A DNA stretch of 64,000 bases from a virus (taxonomy: Duplodnaviria; Caudoviricetes): positions 32,001 to 96,000 of IMG/VR virus record IMGVR_UViG_3300037067_027643; one strand, written 5' to 3'. The number at the start of each line of letters is the position of its first letter. Position 1 is the stretch's first letter. The notes under the pieces were generated by a model, which searched no databases, had not been told where the DNA came from, and worked only from the letters and a program-made list of their open reading frames with translations. Both the position numbers and the translations under genes were made by a program. Positions 50,270 to 60,084 of the stretch are shown here, one piece after another.

Positions 50270-51442
50270 ATGCTTACAAATCCAAATCATATATCTACTA
50301 ACTATTCAAAAGAACAAAATCAATCCTCTGTATCACCCCCAGAAAGTGCAGAAGTAATAGATATTATATTAAGTAAAGATCACCCAGATTATAAAAGTAT
50401 TGAAGACATTGGAAAAATAAAATTTAGAAGAACCAACAGTGATACTAGTCAATCTGAAAATAACCTATCAATAGCAACACCATTAAATCCAAACTTTAAA
50501 ATATATCCATTACTACATGAAATAGTAAACATACATACATCTGCTGGAGTAAGTACATCAGTAATTAAAAATGGTACTCAATATTATTATTCACAACCAG
50601 TAAATGTTTGGAACTTAGTAAATCACAATGCTCTTCCAAATGCCGCTAGTTTTAGAGGAGACAATAAACCAAATACCTCACCAACAACAGGAAACTATCA
50701 AAACTTTACCGGAAATAGTAATCAAACCACCAATCAATCTGATAATATAAAATTTGGAGAAAGTTTTAAAGAAAAAGTAGTACCACAGTTACAACCGTTT
50801 GAAGGTGATATTGTAATGAGTGGTAGATGGGGAAATAATATTCGATTTTCAAGTATAACTAAACCAAATAGTAATCCATGGTCAGCTAAAGGTAGCGTTG
50901 GTGATCCTATTACAATTATAACAAATAGTCGACCTAACAATAACGAGGATATAAAAACAGAAGATATCAATAAAGATAGCGCTTCTATTTATCTTTGTGA
51001 CGGACAAAATATTCCTATTAAAGCTATTAGTAAATCAATGAAAAGTTATCAAACTAAACCTACTTACTTTGATAAATATAATAGTAAACAAGTAATTATT
51101 GATAGTGGACGTATATTATTCCATGCTAAAACTGACAGTATATTTTTAAATGCTAAACAGAGTATCGGATTAAGTTCTACAAATACTGTTAACATAGATG
51201 CTGATAAAGGTATATATTTTGAAAGTCCTAAGTTATATCTAAACAGTAAAGGAAAAGAACCACTTATTAAAGGTAAGAAATTTAATGATGAAATCGTTAG
51301 TCCGATGTTACAAGAACTAAGTAAATTAACTGTATTGACTCCACTTGGACCAGCTACAGTATCACCTAATCATATAATTGTATTTACGCAATTAATAGCT
51401 AAATTACAATTAATGCTTAGTCAGAAAGTTTTTATTGAATAA
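50270..51442 (+). CDS. baseplate central spike / gp5-gpV-like protein
   Basis: AEVIDIIL, YPLLHEIV, PFEGD..SGRWGNNIRF, beta-repeat C-terminus, EPLIKG. Confidence 0.6.
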   Translation: MLTNPNHISTNYSKEQNQSSVSPPESAEVIDIILSKDHPDYKSIEDIGKIKFRRTNSDTSQSENNLSIATPLNPNFKIYPLLHEIVNIHTSAGVSTSVIKNGTQYYYSQPVNVWNLVNHNALPNAASFRGDNKPNTSPTTGNYQNFTGNSNQTTNQSDNIKFGESFKEKVVPQLQPFEGDIVMSGRWGNNIRFSSITKPNSNPWSAKGSVGDPITIITNSRPNNNEDIKTEDINKDSASIYLCDGQNIPIKAISKSMKSYQTKPTYFDKYNSKQVIIDSGRILFHAKTDSIFLNAKQSIGLSSTNTVNIDADKGIYFESPKLYLNSKGKEPLIKGKKFNDEIVSPMLQELSKLTVLTPLGPATVSPNHIIVFTQLIAKLQLMLSQKVFIE

Positions 51443-51604
51443 TAGATAAAAGCTTATCTCTACTAATTTTATATTTTTGACAAATTGTTTCTACTCCGTC
51501 ATCTATTAAATAAATATCTGTTACATTTTTAGAAGTACCCACTTTATTATAATTTTCTTTTAATTCTTTAATTAATTGTTCTTTTAATGATAATTCTTCT
51601 TTAT

Positions 51605-52901
51605 TCATAATTCACAAAATTTATTAATATTTCTCAAACTTGTTAATTCTGTAGTTAATTGTTTCTTTGTATTTGGTGTTTCTAATACCGCTTTATTTGT
51701 ATCTACATTAAATGAAACTAATTTCCAAACATATCCACGATTCTTAGCCCATGATACATGGTATTTTCGTCCAATTATATATTCTTTTGGTATATCTTTT
51801 AATTCTGTCATATTTTATCCAAAATTAATCATACCTTCTGGATATTTCTTCCAAAATTTAACCAATTGTTTTATTGCTTCTTGTTTTAAAATATTTCTAT
51901 CAGTTTTATCAAAACAAGTAGAAGTATAATAAATATTATCATCATTATCTTCTAAATATTTTAACGTTTCTTCTAACGAAAATAAAATATCATCTGGATA
52001 ATCTCCTATACGAAATACATCATGTGGTAAATCGTTAGAAGAAATATAAAATATTTGTTTTTTACAATTATATGAAGTTACATTATAATTTGATGTATGA
52101 TACTTATTATATATAGCAATCTCACATAATCCTTTTTTAACAATTTTTAATTGTCTTTCAACAATAGCTTTTTGTTTAATTCCATAATCGATAGTCCATT
52201 CTGGATATGTTTCTAATAATTCTAAATCTATTTTATCTCTATGATTTATCATATTATCATAAAACTTAATAGATCTTTTATATGTATTAATAACATTATT
52301 TCTAACTTTATCTTTGCTTATATTATACGGTTTAAAAAACCAAGTATGACATCCCATATTATTTATTTTTAATTATTATTTAAACGGATTAAACCCACTA
52401 TATCTCAAATCATTTACATTTGCTATTCTACTATCATCTACTATAGTTTCTTCATTTGTTACTATTACAGAATCTTCTACATCACACCAATATTCTTCTG
52501 GTAAATTTTTATCAATATTAAACTTTTGATATAAAAATTCAGATATAGGTTCTTGTTTAACTCCATTTTCAAAATATACAACCTCTCTATAATCTCCAAT
52601 TTTAAAAATATTTTCTTTTAAAAATGGAGTATAAAACCTTTTTACATACTGACCTATGTACTTAATGTATTGTCTGTAATTAGTTTTGTTATTCATATTT
52701 ATTTTAATGATTAAATGACTCTTTATATGTATGACCACAATTTTTACATTTATATTCTACTCTTGTTATATATAAATTATAATTTCTTAATTTTCTACTA
52801 AACTGTTTAATTTCATTTGATAAAGAAACAGTTTCACGACTAATTTCTTTAAATTGACAAAATCCAAAGAAACATAAAATATTTTTAATTAATTGTATCA
52901 T
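51605..52901 (-). CDS. run of hypothetical genes (51605-51811, 51815-52357, 52376-52738, 52704-52901)
   Basis: Packed ORFs downstream of rtcB. Confidence 0.6.
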
Positions 52902-54283
52902 AAATTTAATATTTTTTTATTATTTTTACGTTCTTCTCTTTCCTGTTTCATTTTCTTATTAGCTTTTCTATCTTTCCATGATTCTCCTTCACTACTGTCT
53001 TTGATATTCAATATAGGTTTTACTCTATCAATTATTTCAATAGTAGGTTCCAATAATAGTTCAATTAATTCACTGTCTTTATAAGATTGTGGGCTTTCAT
53101 CTAATGTACCTTTACAAACAGAAGTTGAATAAATCCCTTCCATAGACTTTTTAAAATCATCTAAATTTACTGTTTCTTTTGCTTTAGTTCTACTCATTAT
53201 TCTACCGGCTCCATGAGCACAACTGTAATTCCAATCTGGATTAGATTTACCGACAGCGATAACCATTCCATCTCTCATATTAAATGGTATAATCATCTTT
53301 TTATCTTTGTAAGATGCTATTGCTCCTTTACGAATTATAAAATCATTAAAATCGACATAATTGTGAATTGACTCTATTACTTCATCAAATTTAGTAATAT
53401 TTAAAACTTCTTGAATAATATCTAACATTGTTTTTCTATTCCAAACTGCATACTGTTGAGCAAATATCATATCAAATAAATAGTTTATTAAATATTCATC
53501 TTGTAAGTATTCTCGATCTATTCCTATACCAAACTTTTTTTTAAGTGAATCAATTTTATTTGGTATCTCTTTCTTATCAACTGTATTTAATACAATTTCA
53601 TTTAATCGTTTACTGTAATTATTAGAAGATCCATTCATTTGTTTTTTAGCTTGATTTATCCAATATTCTGCTACCTTTAAACCAAAGTTTCTACTTCCAG
53701 AATGAATGGTTACATAATAATCTGTAAGTGCTTGATTTACACCTATTTCAAGAAAGTGATTGCCTCCACCCATTGACCCAATACTATTAAAAAACTTCTT
53801 GATATTCATTTTAATATCTTTTAATTTTTTAATTAACCATTGTTCACTATATAATGGAGCTACATAATTTGTATTATATTTAACATTAAATGCTTTTACA
53901 AACTTATCTGCTATTATCTGTACATCATTGTATGGAATATCAGTAAAAACAGGACTTTTATGTTCATTAAATCCCATTGGAATTCTATGTCTGATTTCCT
54001 TATTTATTTTTTCTAAATCTAAATTAGAAGCATTTGGAAACTTTCCACTAATGAGACCACAGCCAATATCAACGCCTATATAGCTGGGTGTTAAGTAGTT
54101 ACCTAATTCCATTGTAAATCCAATACAAATTCCTTTACCAAAATGAGCATCCGGTTGAATTCTTACTTTAAGTCCTTTTGATATTGGAGAATTGATAATC
54201 GAATATATTTGAGAAATTACTTCCTCCTCTACATTATCAATGAATATTTTTGCTGTTGTATATTTCCCTGTTAATTCTATCAT
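52898..54283 (-). CDS. rtcB: RNA ligase RtcB
   Basis: PDAHFG, GVDIGCG, GGGNHF, HSGSR, HNY, RKGA, HGAGR, DESPQSYK. Confidence 0.95.
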   Translation of the reverse strand: MIELTGKYTTAKIFIDNVEEEVISQIYSIINSPISKGLKVRIQPDAHFGKGICIGFTMELGNYLTPSYIGVDIGCGLISGKFPNASNLDLEKINKEIRHRIPMGFNEHKSPVFTDIPYNDVQIIADKFVKAFNVKYNTNYVAPLYSEQWLIKKLKDIKMNIKKFFNSIGSMGGGNHFLEIGVNQALTDYYVTIHSGSRNFGLKVAEYWINQAKKQMNGSSNNYSKRLNEIVLNTVDKKEIPNKIDSLKKKFGIGIDREYLQDEYLINYLFDMIFAQQYAVWNRKTMLDIIQEVLNITKFDEVIESIHNYVDFNDFIIRKGAIASYKDKKMIIPFNMRDGMVIAVGKSNPDWNYSCAHGAGRIMSRTKAKETVNLDDFKKSMEGIYSTSVCKGTLDESPQSYKDSELIELLLEPTIEIIDRVKPILNIKDSSEGESWKDRKANKKMKQEREERKNNKKILNL

Positions 54284-54293
54284 GATTTAACTA

Positions 54294-54653
54294 TTATAAG
54301 TTTCCTTTTAACATTAATGAATAAATATATTCTAAAAACAAATGAATAAAATTTTTAGGTTTTAATACATTAAAATTCTCTTCTCCTAAACATTTAAAAG
54401 CTTCTACGAAGTCACCAAAATATTGTTTAAATGCTACTTCTTTACATTGATGATTTTTAATTATTAACCAAATATCATAAACATGTTCTTGACCATAAAT
54501 TCCCATTGTATAAACTACATATTTATCTAAATCTTCTTCTGAAAGTTCTTCTATTGAATAATATGTTCTAAAACAATCTTTAATATAAGTCAATCTTGGA
54601 ATTGTTTCTTTATATAAGTCATTCCAACAAATTTCTTTTAATACCTTTTCCAT
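54294..54653 (-). CDS. hypothetical protein
   Basis: 119-aa ORF. Confidence 0.6.
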   Translation of the reverse strand: MEKVLKEICWNDLYKETIPRLTYIKDCFRTYYSIEELSEEDLDKYVVYTMGIYGQEHVYDIWLIIKNHQCKEVAFKQYFGDFVEAFKCLGEENFNVLKPKNFIHLFLEYIYSLMLKGNL

Positions 54654-54741
54654 AATTATTTATTTTTTGCTTTGATTCTTATTTATCCACTTTAATTCTC
54701 TTTCATATTTTTCTTTTTTACCGTCATAATTACATTTTTTA

Positions 54742-54945
54742 TTATTTGCTAATCCAAATTGACCAATCTGTTTCAAAATCTTCTCCTGTCCTATATTTCC
54801 AAAATTCAACAGTAGAAAGTGATACTCCATCTTCCATAATTATAGTTAAATTACCTTTCATAGTAATCCATTCATCTGGACTGAAATATCTATGAGTCAC
54901 TTTTGCTCCAGATTTCATTGCTTCAATTGCTTCTTGTTTTGTCAT
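54742..54945 (-). CDS. DUF2829/Tad2-like small protein
   Basis: EAIEAMKSGAKVT...EDFETDW resembles the family's N- and C-terminal pattern. Confidence 0.4.
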   Translation of the reverse strand: MTKQEAIEAMKSGAKVTHRYFSPDEWITMKGNLTIIMEDGVSLSTVEFWKYRTGEDFETDWSIWISK

Positions 54946-54986
54946 TTTTTACAAATTTTAAATTCATTAATTCAACCATATTTAAA

Positions 54987-55211
54987 TTAGTAGCTCCAAA
55001 GCGTTAGTTCCTTCTTTTCACAAAACTTTCTAATCTTCTTTATCATCTCGTCAGTTATTTCACCATTTGGTACTACACCTTGTCCAAACAAATAATTATA
55101 ATTACAATAAGCTTGACTCTCATTTCCCCAACTAATCGTTACAACTATCTGTCCAAATACCATTGTTTTTATAGTATAATCGACTGTATTATTATTTATC
55201 GTTGTTTTCAT
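54987..55211 (-). CDS. hypothetical protein
   Basis: 74-aa ORF behind the promoter at 55251-55282. Confidence 0.6.
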   Translation of the reverse strand: MKTTINNNTVDYTIKTMVFGQIVVTISWGNESQAYCNYNYLFGQGVVPNGEITDEMIKKIRKFCEKKELTLWSY

Positions 55212-55250
55212 ATTGTTTATTTTTATAGTTATTTAATTAATTTAACAGTA

Positions 55251-55282
55251 CAAATATACAACTATTATTTCAGACTACCAAA
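55251..55282 (-). promoter_or_regulatory. Bacteroidota primary-sigma-type promoter
   Basis: TTTG-N20-TATATTTG. Confidence 0.75.
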
Positions 55283-56195
55283 TTTATTTTGAGAAAAGAC
55301 TGAAAATATTTTAAAACAGCTACGTCTTTCATCTTAGCTTCTACTATTATAACCACATCTTTACCTAATGTATCCACTGGTTCATAAATATAATCAGCAT
55401 GTGATTGTTTACTCAATTTTTATCTACAACATTTTCAAATAACAATTTACTACTAGAATGATGAACGGTTGGAATTATATGTTTTGGCCATGTATTATAT
55501 GATAGCAAAAATGCTTCTTTGTATGTTAACTTACCCGAATTAATCTTATAATGTAATGAGTCAAATACAATTGGAATTCCTATTTGTTCATGTATAGCAA
55601 ATAAATCTTGAACTGTAAACATATTACATTTATCATCATTTTCTACAGTCAATCTTTTTTGAACATTCTTATCTAATCTATTGAAGTTTTCACAAAATCT
55701 ATCAATAGCACTGGTTTTATCTCCATAGCTTGCGCCTACATGAACATTTATCTTGGTATTATTATCAGCATTAAAACTCATTAAATCAAATATTCGGCTT
55801 GTAGCATTTAGTTCTAATACAGTTTTATCAACTACATCCTTTTTATTACTAGCTAAAACATTGAATGGTCCGGGATGAAAGGAAAGTCTAACATTGTTAT
55901 TTCTACAATAATCTCCAATAGTTTTTAATTCTTGAACGATTGTTTTATAATCTGGTAAATCTTCAAATCGATAAAATGTTTTTAAGGGAAAGAAGTCATC
56001 TGGAAGTCGATAAGCAAATATACCATTATCAACGTTCCATTTTAAAATAATTTTTAAATCTTGTATGTTTTTTATGATTAAATCATTAACAGCTTGTACT
56101 CCTTTAATACCAAAACTTTTTCTTGTAATGGTATGGCCAGTCTTACAGTCTGGAATTGATAAATTTATACAAGCATATCCGAAGATTTGTTTCAT
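55270..56195 (-). CDS. uvsE: UV damage endonuclease, frameshifted near 55415
   Basis: GYACIN, RLSFHPG, NVHVG, LTVENDD, PIVFDSLH, HHSSS; the conserved tail SHADYI...IVEAKMKD is in the -1 frame past the TGA at 55413. Confidence 0.85.
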
Positions 56196-56199
56196 ATTA

Positions 56200-57113
56200 T
56201 TACTTTACTGTTTTAATCCAATATCTATATTTTAGATTTTTAGCATGTTTTAAACCTTCTTTGCTTTTTTCTAATTGTTCATTCCAATAACTAATTAAAT
56301 TTTCTTTAGCATATTCAAATGTATCAAATGATGTTGTACTAGAAACTATATCTAAATCATAAAGAAACTCAGAGAAATCTTCTAATGTACCTATAAATCC
56401 TTCATCATAACTAATATAAAAAAGGTTTATTTCTTCTTCTGTAAATGTATCTAAAGACGATGACATATTATTCGATTATTAATTTTCCAAATACTTTTTT
56501 AAGTTTGGGTTTATCATTTACATAATCCATTAATTGAATATGATTTGGAAGCATTTCAATATTGTTTAAGTATTTTTGTGCAATATTATTAGCTCTTATT
56601 ACTAACAAATGTGCATACAAAAGACATATTTTTTGTTCTTCCATATTCCAACCAGTATAAGGTTCATCAAACTCCTCCAAAATTTCTAATGTTCCCAATT
56701 CTCCAACAAACATTTTAATAAACTTAGCAACCCTTGATGAATATTTATTTTCTTCCTCTAACTGAACTAATAAAGAATTAAATTTTTCCAATAAAACATC
56801 AAAGTTTCCTACTGGTTTAATATCTGATAATTCATATATGGTTGTTTTCATTATTTAATAATTTATTTACTACATTAATAGCATCCTTGAGTAAAATAGC
56901 TGTTTCTGTATTTCTATAAGCTATCTCAATAAAATATTTATTACAATCCTTGAATATTTCTTCTATGTTAGCAGCTGTTTTGTTAGTATATTCTTTAATC
57001 CATTCATCTTCATCTAACTCTCCTTGATTATAACTTGGATACATACCTTTAATTTCGCCAGCTTTAAAAGCATTTCTTAAATCTTCTTCTGTATATGTTT
57101 TCATAATTGACAT
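56200..57113 (-). CDS. three hypothetical genes (56200-56466, 56468-56851, 56832-57113)
   Basis: Packed ORFs behind the promoter at 57138-57169. Confidence 0.6.
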
Positions 57114-57137
57114 TTATTTTATTAATTTTTAAAAGTA

Positions 57138-57169
57138 CAAAGATAATAAAAAATTTTGATATAAACAAA
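57138..57169 (-). promoter_or_regulatory. Bacteroidota primary-sigma-type promoter
   Basis: TTTG-N20-TATCTTTG. Confidence 0.7.
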
Positions 57170-57199
57170 TTTATTTTTTAAGGAGGAAAAATAAAGTAG

Positions 57200-57271
57200 A
57201 GCCCATTTCTGGAATTGAACCAGAATATATAGTTTTGCGGACTACTGACTAAACCATTCATCCAAATGGGC
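57200..57271 (-). tRNA. tRNA-Cys(GCA)
   Basis: Cloverleaf; anticodon arm GTAGT-CCGCAAA-ACTAT. Confidence 0.85.
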
Positions 57272-57278
57272 ATTTTTG

Positions 57279-57365
57279 CATACGTTGTAGGATTTGGACC
57301 CACGAGGAAGTATAAACTTCAATAGTTTTGGAGACTATCGCCTTCGACCACTTGGCTAAACGTAT
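57279..57365 (-). tRNA. tRNA with CCA (Trp) anticodon and long variable arm
   Basis: ATAGT-CTCCAAA-ACTAT; variable arm GAAGT-TTAT-ACTTC; G73. Confidence 0.8.
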
Positions 57366-57378
57366 GTATATCAATTAG

Positions 57379-57459
57379 TTGCGAGAGAGGGACTTGAACC
57401 CTCGAGGCTTACGCAATGGGATATGAGCCCATCCTGATACCAACTTCAGTCATCTCGCA
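57379..57459 (-). tRNA. tRNA-Met(CAT), initiator-like, with extended variable region
   Basis: ATGGG-CTCATAT-CCCAT (three G-C pairs); 12-nt variable region. Confidence 0.8.
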
Positions 57460-57465
57460 ATATAT

Positions 57466-58563
57466 TTATATTTCTAAAATTACATCTTTATGATCTAAAA
57501 TTAATTTGAAATTATATCCATGTTCTTTATAAGCTTTTAATTTATCTTTCATGTTTTGTTCATTGTATGTATAATTACTTTTTATTTCTACAATTAAATT
57601 TGTGTCTGGTAAATAAAAATCGGGTATTGCTGTTCTTTGTTTTAATAATTGTGTATCCCAATATGAAATTCTTAATTTTTCAACTTCATAATTAATTTTA
57701 TCTTTATCTAATTGGTTAGCATATTCTAATTCATACCCACTTCTATAAAATATTTGTTTATTATTCCAAGTAGTATGATATCCATGTTTATAATGTGAAT
57801 TTTTATTAATTACATTTAATTTTCCATGAATTATAGCATTTCCAGTACTTTCAGAAAAACATCGTAATTTAATATTAAAATAATTTATCACTTTATTAAA
57901 ATTTGATAAAGAATATCCATATTTCTCTGACATATCTGAAGTACTTAATTTTTCATCATAATAGTCTTCATATAGCATAATTCGAATTCGTTCAAATTCT
58001 TCGTAATAATTTTTGGTTCCTAATACATTTTTATCAAATCCAAAGTATTTTATTAAATTTGGAATTATTTGATATCGTTTACAAATTTCTGGATGTTTAC
58101 ATTGACCTTTTATTGATCCACACATTTTACAATCAACATTATTAAATCTTTTTCTTTGATATTCTAATTTACAAATATTACATAAACATTTTTTAATACT
58201 ATTTCTTTTATTAACAATAATATCGCTTCCGCATTTAACACATTTAGCTTCTTTTGTTTCTAAATTATTATCGTTTTTTGTACTATATTTATGAGAACAA
58301 TACGAAGAACAAAATCTACCACTACCATACGAACCATCTATTTCTATACCACATTCTTCACAATATAATTGCTTTATTTCAATTATTTTATTAGCATTAA
58401 TTATTGCCTTTTTCTTCTCTTTTGTTATTCTACATAATTCTATTTGTTCTTTTGTTATTATTCTACTTCTACTACATGATTTTGAACAAAATTTTCCAGT
58501 TCCATAAGAACCATTATGTTCATGTCCACATTTTTCACAAAATTTTTTATTTTCCATATCCAA
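57466..58563 (-). CDS. homing endonuclease (Zn-finger repeats, TnsA-like PD-(D/E)XK) inside tRNA array 1
   Basis: Two CExCG..GSYGxGxFCS units; YRSGYE; IPDFYLP...VEIKS. Confidence 0.8.
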   Translation of the reverse strand: MDMENKKFCEKCGHEHNGSYGTGKFCSKSCSRSRIITKEQIELCRITKEKKKAIINANKIIEIKQLYCEECGIEIDGSYGSGRFCSSYCSHKYSTKNDNNLETKEAKCVKCGSDIIVNKRNSIKKCLCNICKLEYQRKRFNNVDCKMCGSIKGQCKHPEICKRYQIIPNLIKYFGFDKNVLGTKNYYEEFERIRIMLYEDYYDEKLSTSDMSEKYGYSLSNFNKVINYFNIKLRCFSESTGNAIIHGKLNVINKNSHYKHGYHTTWNNKQIFYRSGYELEYANQLDKDKINYEVEKLRISYWDTQLLKQRTAIPDFYLPDTNLIVEIKSNYTYNEQNMKDKLKAYKEHGYNFKLILDHKDVILEI

Positions 58564-58651
58564 ACTATTTTACATTTTATATATAAATAGTAAATAGTTT
58601 GAAAATAAATTCCGCAATATTTCAAAGAACAATTTTAATTTTATAAATTTG

Positions 58652-58724
58652 AGCCAATAGAAGGAATCCAACCCTCAACCCTTCCGGTACAAACGGATTG
58701 CTCTAGCAATTGAGCTATACTGGC
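58652..58724 (-). tRNA. tRNA-Thr(TGT)
   Basis: TCCG-TTTGTAC-CGGA; acceptor GCCAGTA/TATTGGC. Confidence 0.8.
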
Positions 58725-58741
58725 ATTACATTATTATAGGG

Positions 58742-58818
58742 CGGTCTATAAGGAATTTGAATCCTTCTGAACATTCCGAGTGACAGTCGGACAGCCACAC
58801 CTAGCAGCTCCATAGACC
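58742..58818 (-). tRNA. tRNA-Asp(GTC)
   Basis: TCCGA-CTGTCAC-TCGGA; G73. Confidence 0.85.
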
Positions 58819-58842
58819 AATTATATATTATATTAATTTTAG

Positions 58843-58915
58843 TGAGACTATGAGGAATCAAACCCCAATCCTATGAACCGTACTCATAAATTCTATTCAA
58901 TTGAACTATAGTCCC
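58843..58915 (-). tRNA. tRNA-Arg(ACG)
   Basis: TATGA-GTACGGT-TCATA. Confidence 0.8.
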
Positions 58916-58930
58916 AAATTAATAATAAAG

Positions 58931-59003
58931 TATTCGGTACGGGAGTTGAACCCGTATGTCAAGATTGAAGGTCTTGAATCCTTACCAATTAGATGAACCG
59001 AAC
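58931..59003 (-). tRNA. tRNA-Glu(TTC)
   Basis: CAAGA-CCTTCAA-TCTTG. Confidence 0.85.
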
Positions 59004-59019
59004 AAATGTCTTGTATATG

Positions 59020-59092
59020 TAGCCAAAGATGGAATTGAACCATCGCCCTGTATCTTATAAGGATACTGCTCTTACCACTGAGCTACTTGGCT
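59020..59092 (-). tRNA. tRNA-Ile(TAT)
   Basis: GTATC-CTTATAA-GATAC; A73. Confidence 0.85.
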
Positions 59093-59103
59093 ATATTTAA
59101 TAG

Positions 59104-59178
59104 TGGAATCTATGGTATTCGAAACCATCTGCTGTTCTCAGTGCAAATGAGATGACCACCCTAGCAGTCCCAGACCCC
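59104..59178 (-). tRNA. tRNA-Ala(TGC)
   Basis: TCTCA-TTTGCAC-TGAGA; G3:U70. Confidence 0.88.
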
Positions 59179-59189
59179 GTTTATATTAG

Positions 59190-59264
59190 TTGGTGTAATT
59201 GGATTTGAACCAATGACCTCAATCTTATCAGGATTGTCGTCTGACCGGGCTGACATATACACCA
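59190..59264 (-). tRNA. tRNA-Ile(GAT)
   Basis: CAATC-CTGATAA-GATTG. Confidence 0.88.
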
Positions 59265-59274
59265 ATATAATTAG

Positions 59275-59346
59275 TGGAACTAGATGGATTTGGACCACCG
59301 ACCACTTCCTCTTCAGGGAAGCACTCTACCACTGAGTTATAGTTCC
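59275..59346 (-). tRNA. tRNA-Phe(GAA)
   Basis: CTTCC-CTGAAGA-GGAAG. Confidence 0.88.
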
Positions 59347-59356
59347 ATTGTATTTG

Positions 59357-59430
59357 TAGGAATACCAGGATTCAAACCTGGGATCTAGTGGATGTAAACC
59401 AATCGCTTTAATCAACTAAGCTATATTCCT
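59357..59430 (-). tRNA. tRNA-Val(TAC)
   Basis: TGG-TTTACAT-CCA; acceptor AGGAATA/TATTCCT. Confidence 0.82.
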
Positions 59431-59440
59431 ATGTTATCAG

Positions 59441-59513
59441 CGACTCTAATACGGAATGATCGTATAACCTACCGGTTAACAGCCGGTTGCTCTACCAATT
59501 GAGCTATAGAGTC
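59441..59513 (-). tRNA. tRNA-Asn(GTT)
   Basis: ACCGG-CTGTTAA-CCGGT; atypical T-loop ATCATTC. Confidence 0.82.
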
Positions 59514-59522
59514 ATATATTAG

Positions 59523-59594
59523 TGCCTTCGAATCGACTTGAACGATTACTCTTACATCTTAAAAGGATGAGATTTTACATTAAACTACGAAGGC
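59523..59594 (-). tRNA. tRNA-Lys(TTT)
   Basis: CATC-CTTTTAA-GATG. Confidence 0.82.
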
Positions 59595-59599
59595 AATTG

Positions 59600-59682
59600 T
59601 GGAGGAAGAGTGATTTGAACACCCATAGCTTTTTGCGACGGATTTACAGTCCGCTGATTTCTACCCACTTACCATTTCCTCC
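59600..59682 (-). tRNA. tRNA-Tyr(GTA)
   Basis: GCGGA-CTGTAAA-TCCGT; long variable arm. Confidence 0.88.
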
Positions 59683-59702
59683 ATTATATATTATTATCTT
59701 TG

Positions 59703-59774
59703 AGCGAGATAACGGGTTCAAACCGTTGACAAAGCATTGGAAGTGCCTCATGTTATCAACTACACCAATCTCGC
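59703..59774 (-). tRNA. tRNA-Gly(TCC)
   Basis: AGGCA-CTTCCAA-TGCTT; U73. Confidence 0.88.
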
Positions 59775-59796
59775 TTAATTCATTTATATCAATACG

Positions 59797-59806
59797 TCAA
59801 AGAACA
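59797..59806 (-). promoter_or_regulatory. boxA-like antitermination element (also 58622-58630, 61217-61225, 61607-61615)
   Basis: GTTCTTTGA occurs four times in spacers of the tRNA arrays. Confidence 0.65.
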
Positions 59807-59823
59807 TTGTTTTTAATTCAAAT

Positions 59824-59863
59824 AAAAAACCCAACTAGTTTTTTAATTTTCTGGTTGGGTTTT
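59824..59863 (-). terminator. attenuator terminator upstream of tRNA array 1
   Basis: AAAACCCAACCAG/CTAGTTGGGTTTT stem ending in T6, between the leader ORF and the first tRNA. Confidence 0.8.
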
Positions 59864-59896
59864 ATATATTTTATTATAATATATTTTTTAATAAAC

Positions 59897-60052
59897 TCAC
59901 CAACCAACATCTTTTGCTTCTTCTCCAAAACGATAATCATTATTTGTTTTTGCTATAAAAATACAACCGTCCACAAACATCATATTTTTATCTATAATGC
60001 TATTGTTCCAACATGTATTATTAATGACTGTATTATTTCGCTTTGTTTTCAT
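59897..60052 (-). CDS. candidate attenuation leader peptide 1 (51 aa)
   Basis: Not in ORF track. MKTKRNNTVINNTCWNNSIIDKNMMFVDGCIFIAKTNNDYRFGEEAKDVGW with A-rich initiation region; its 3' end is complementary to the terminator 5' arm. Confidence 0.75.
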   Translation of the reverse strand: MKTKRNNTVINNTCWNNSIIDKNMMFVDGCIFIAKTNNDYRFGEEAKDVGW

Positions 60053-60084
60053 TTTATTTTTTGTTATTACTTCTTTTTATTTTA

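Noticed and set aside
59775-60060. T-box riboswitch as the explanation of the tRNA leaders
   Set aside because: No T-box consensus or stem I visible; an ORF with array-matched codons fits better
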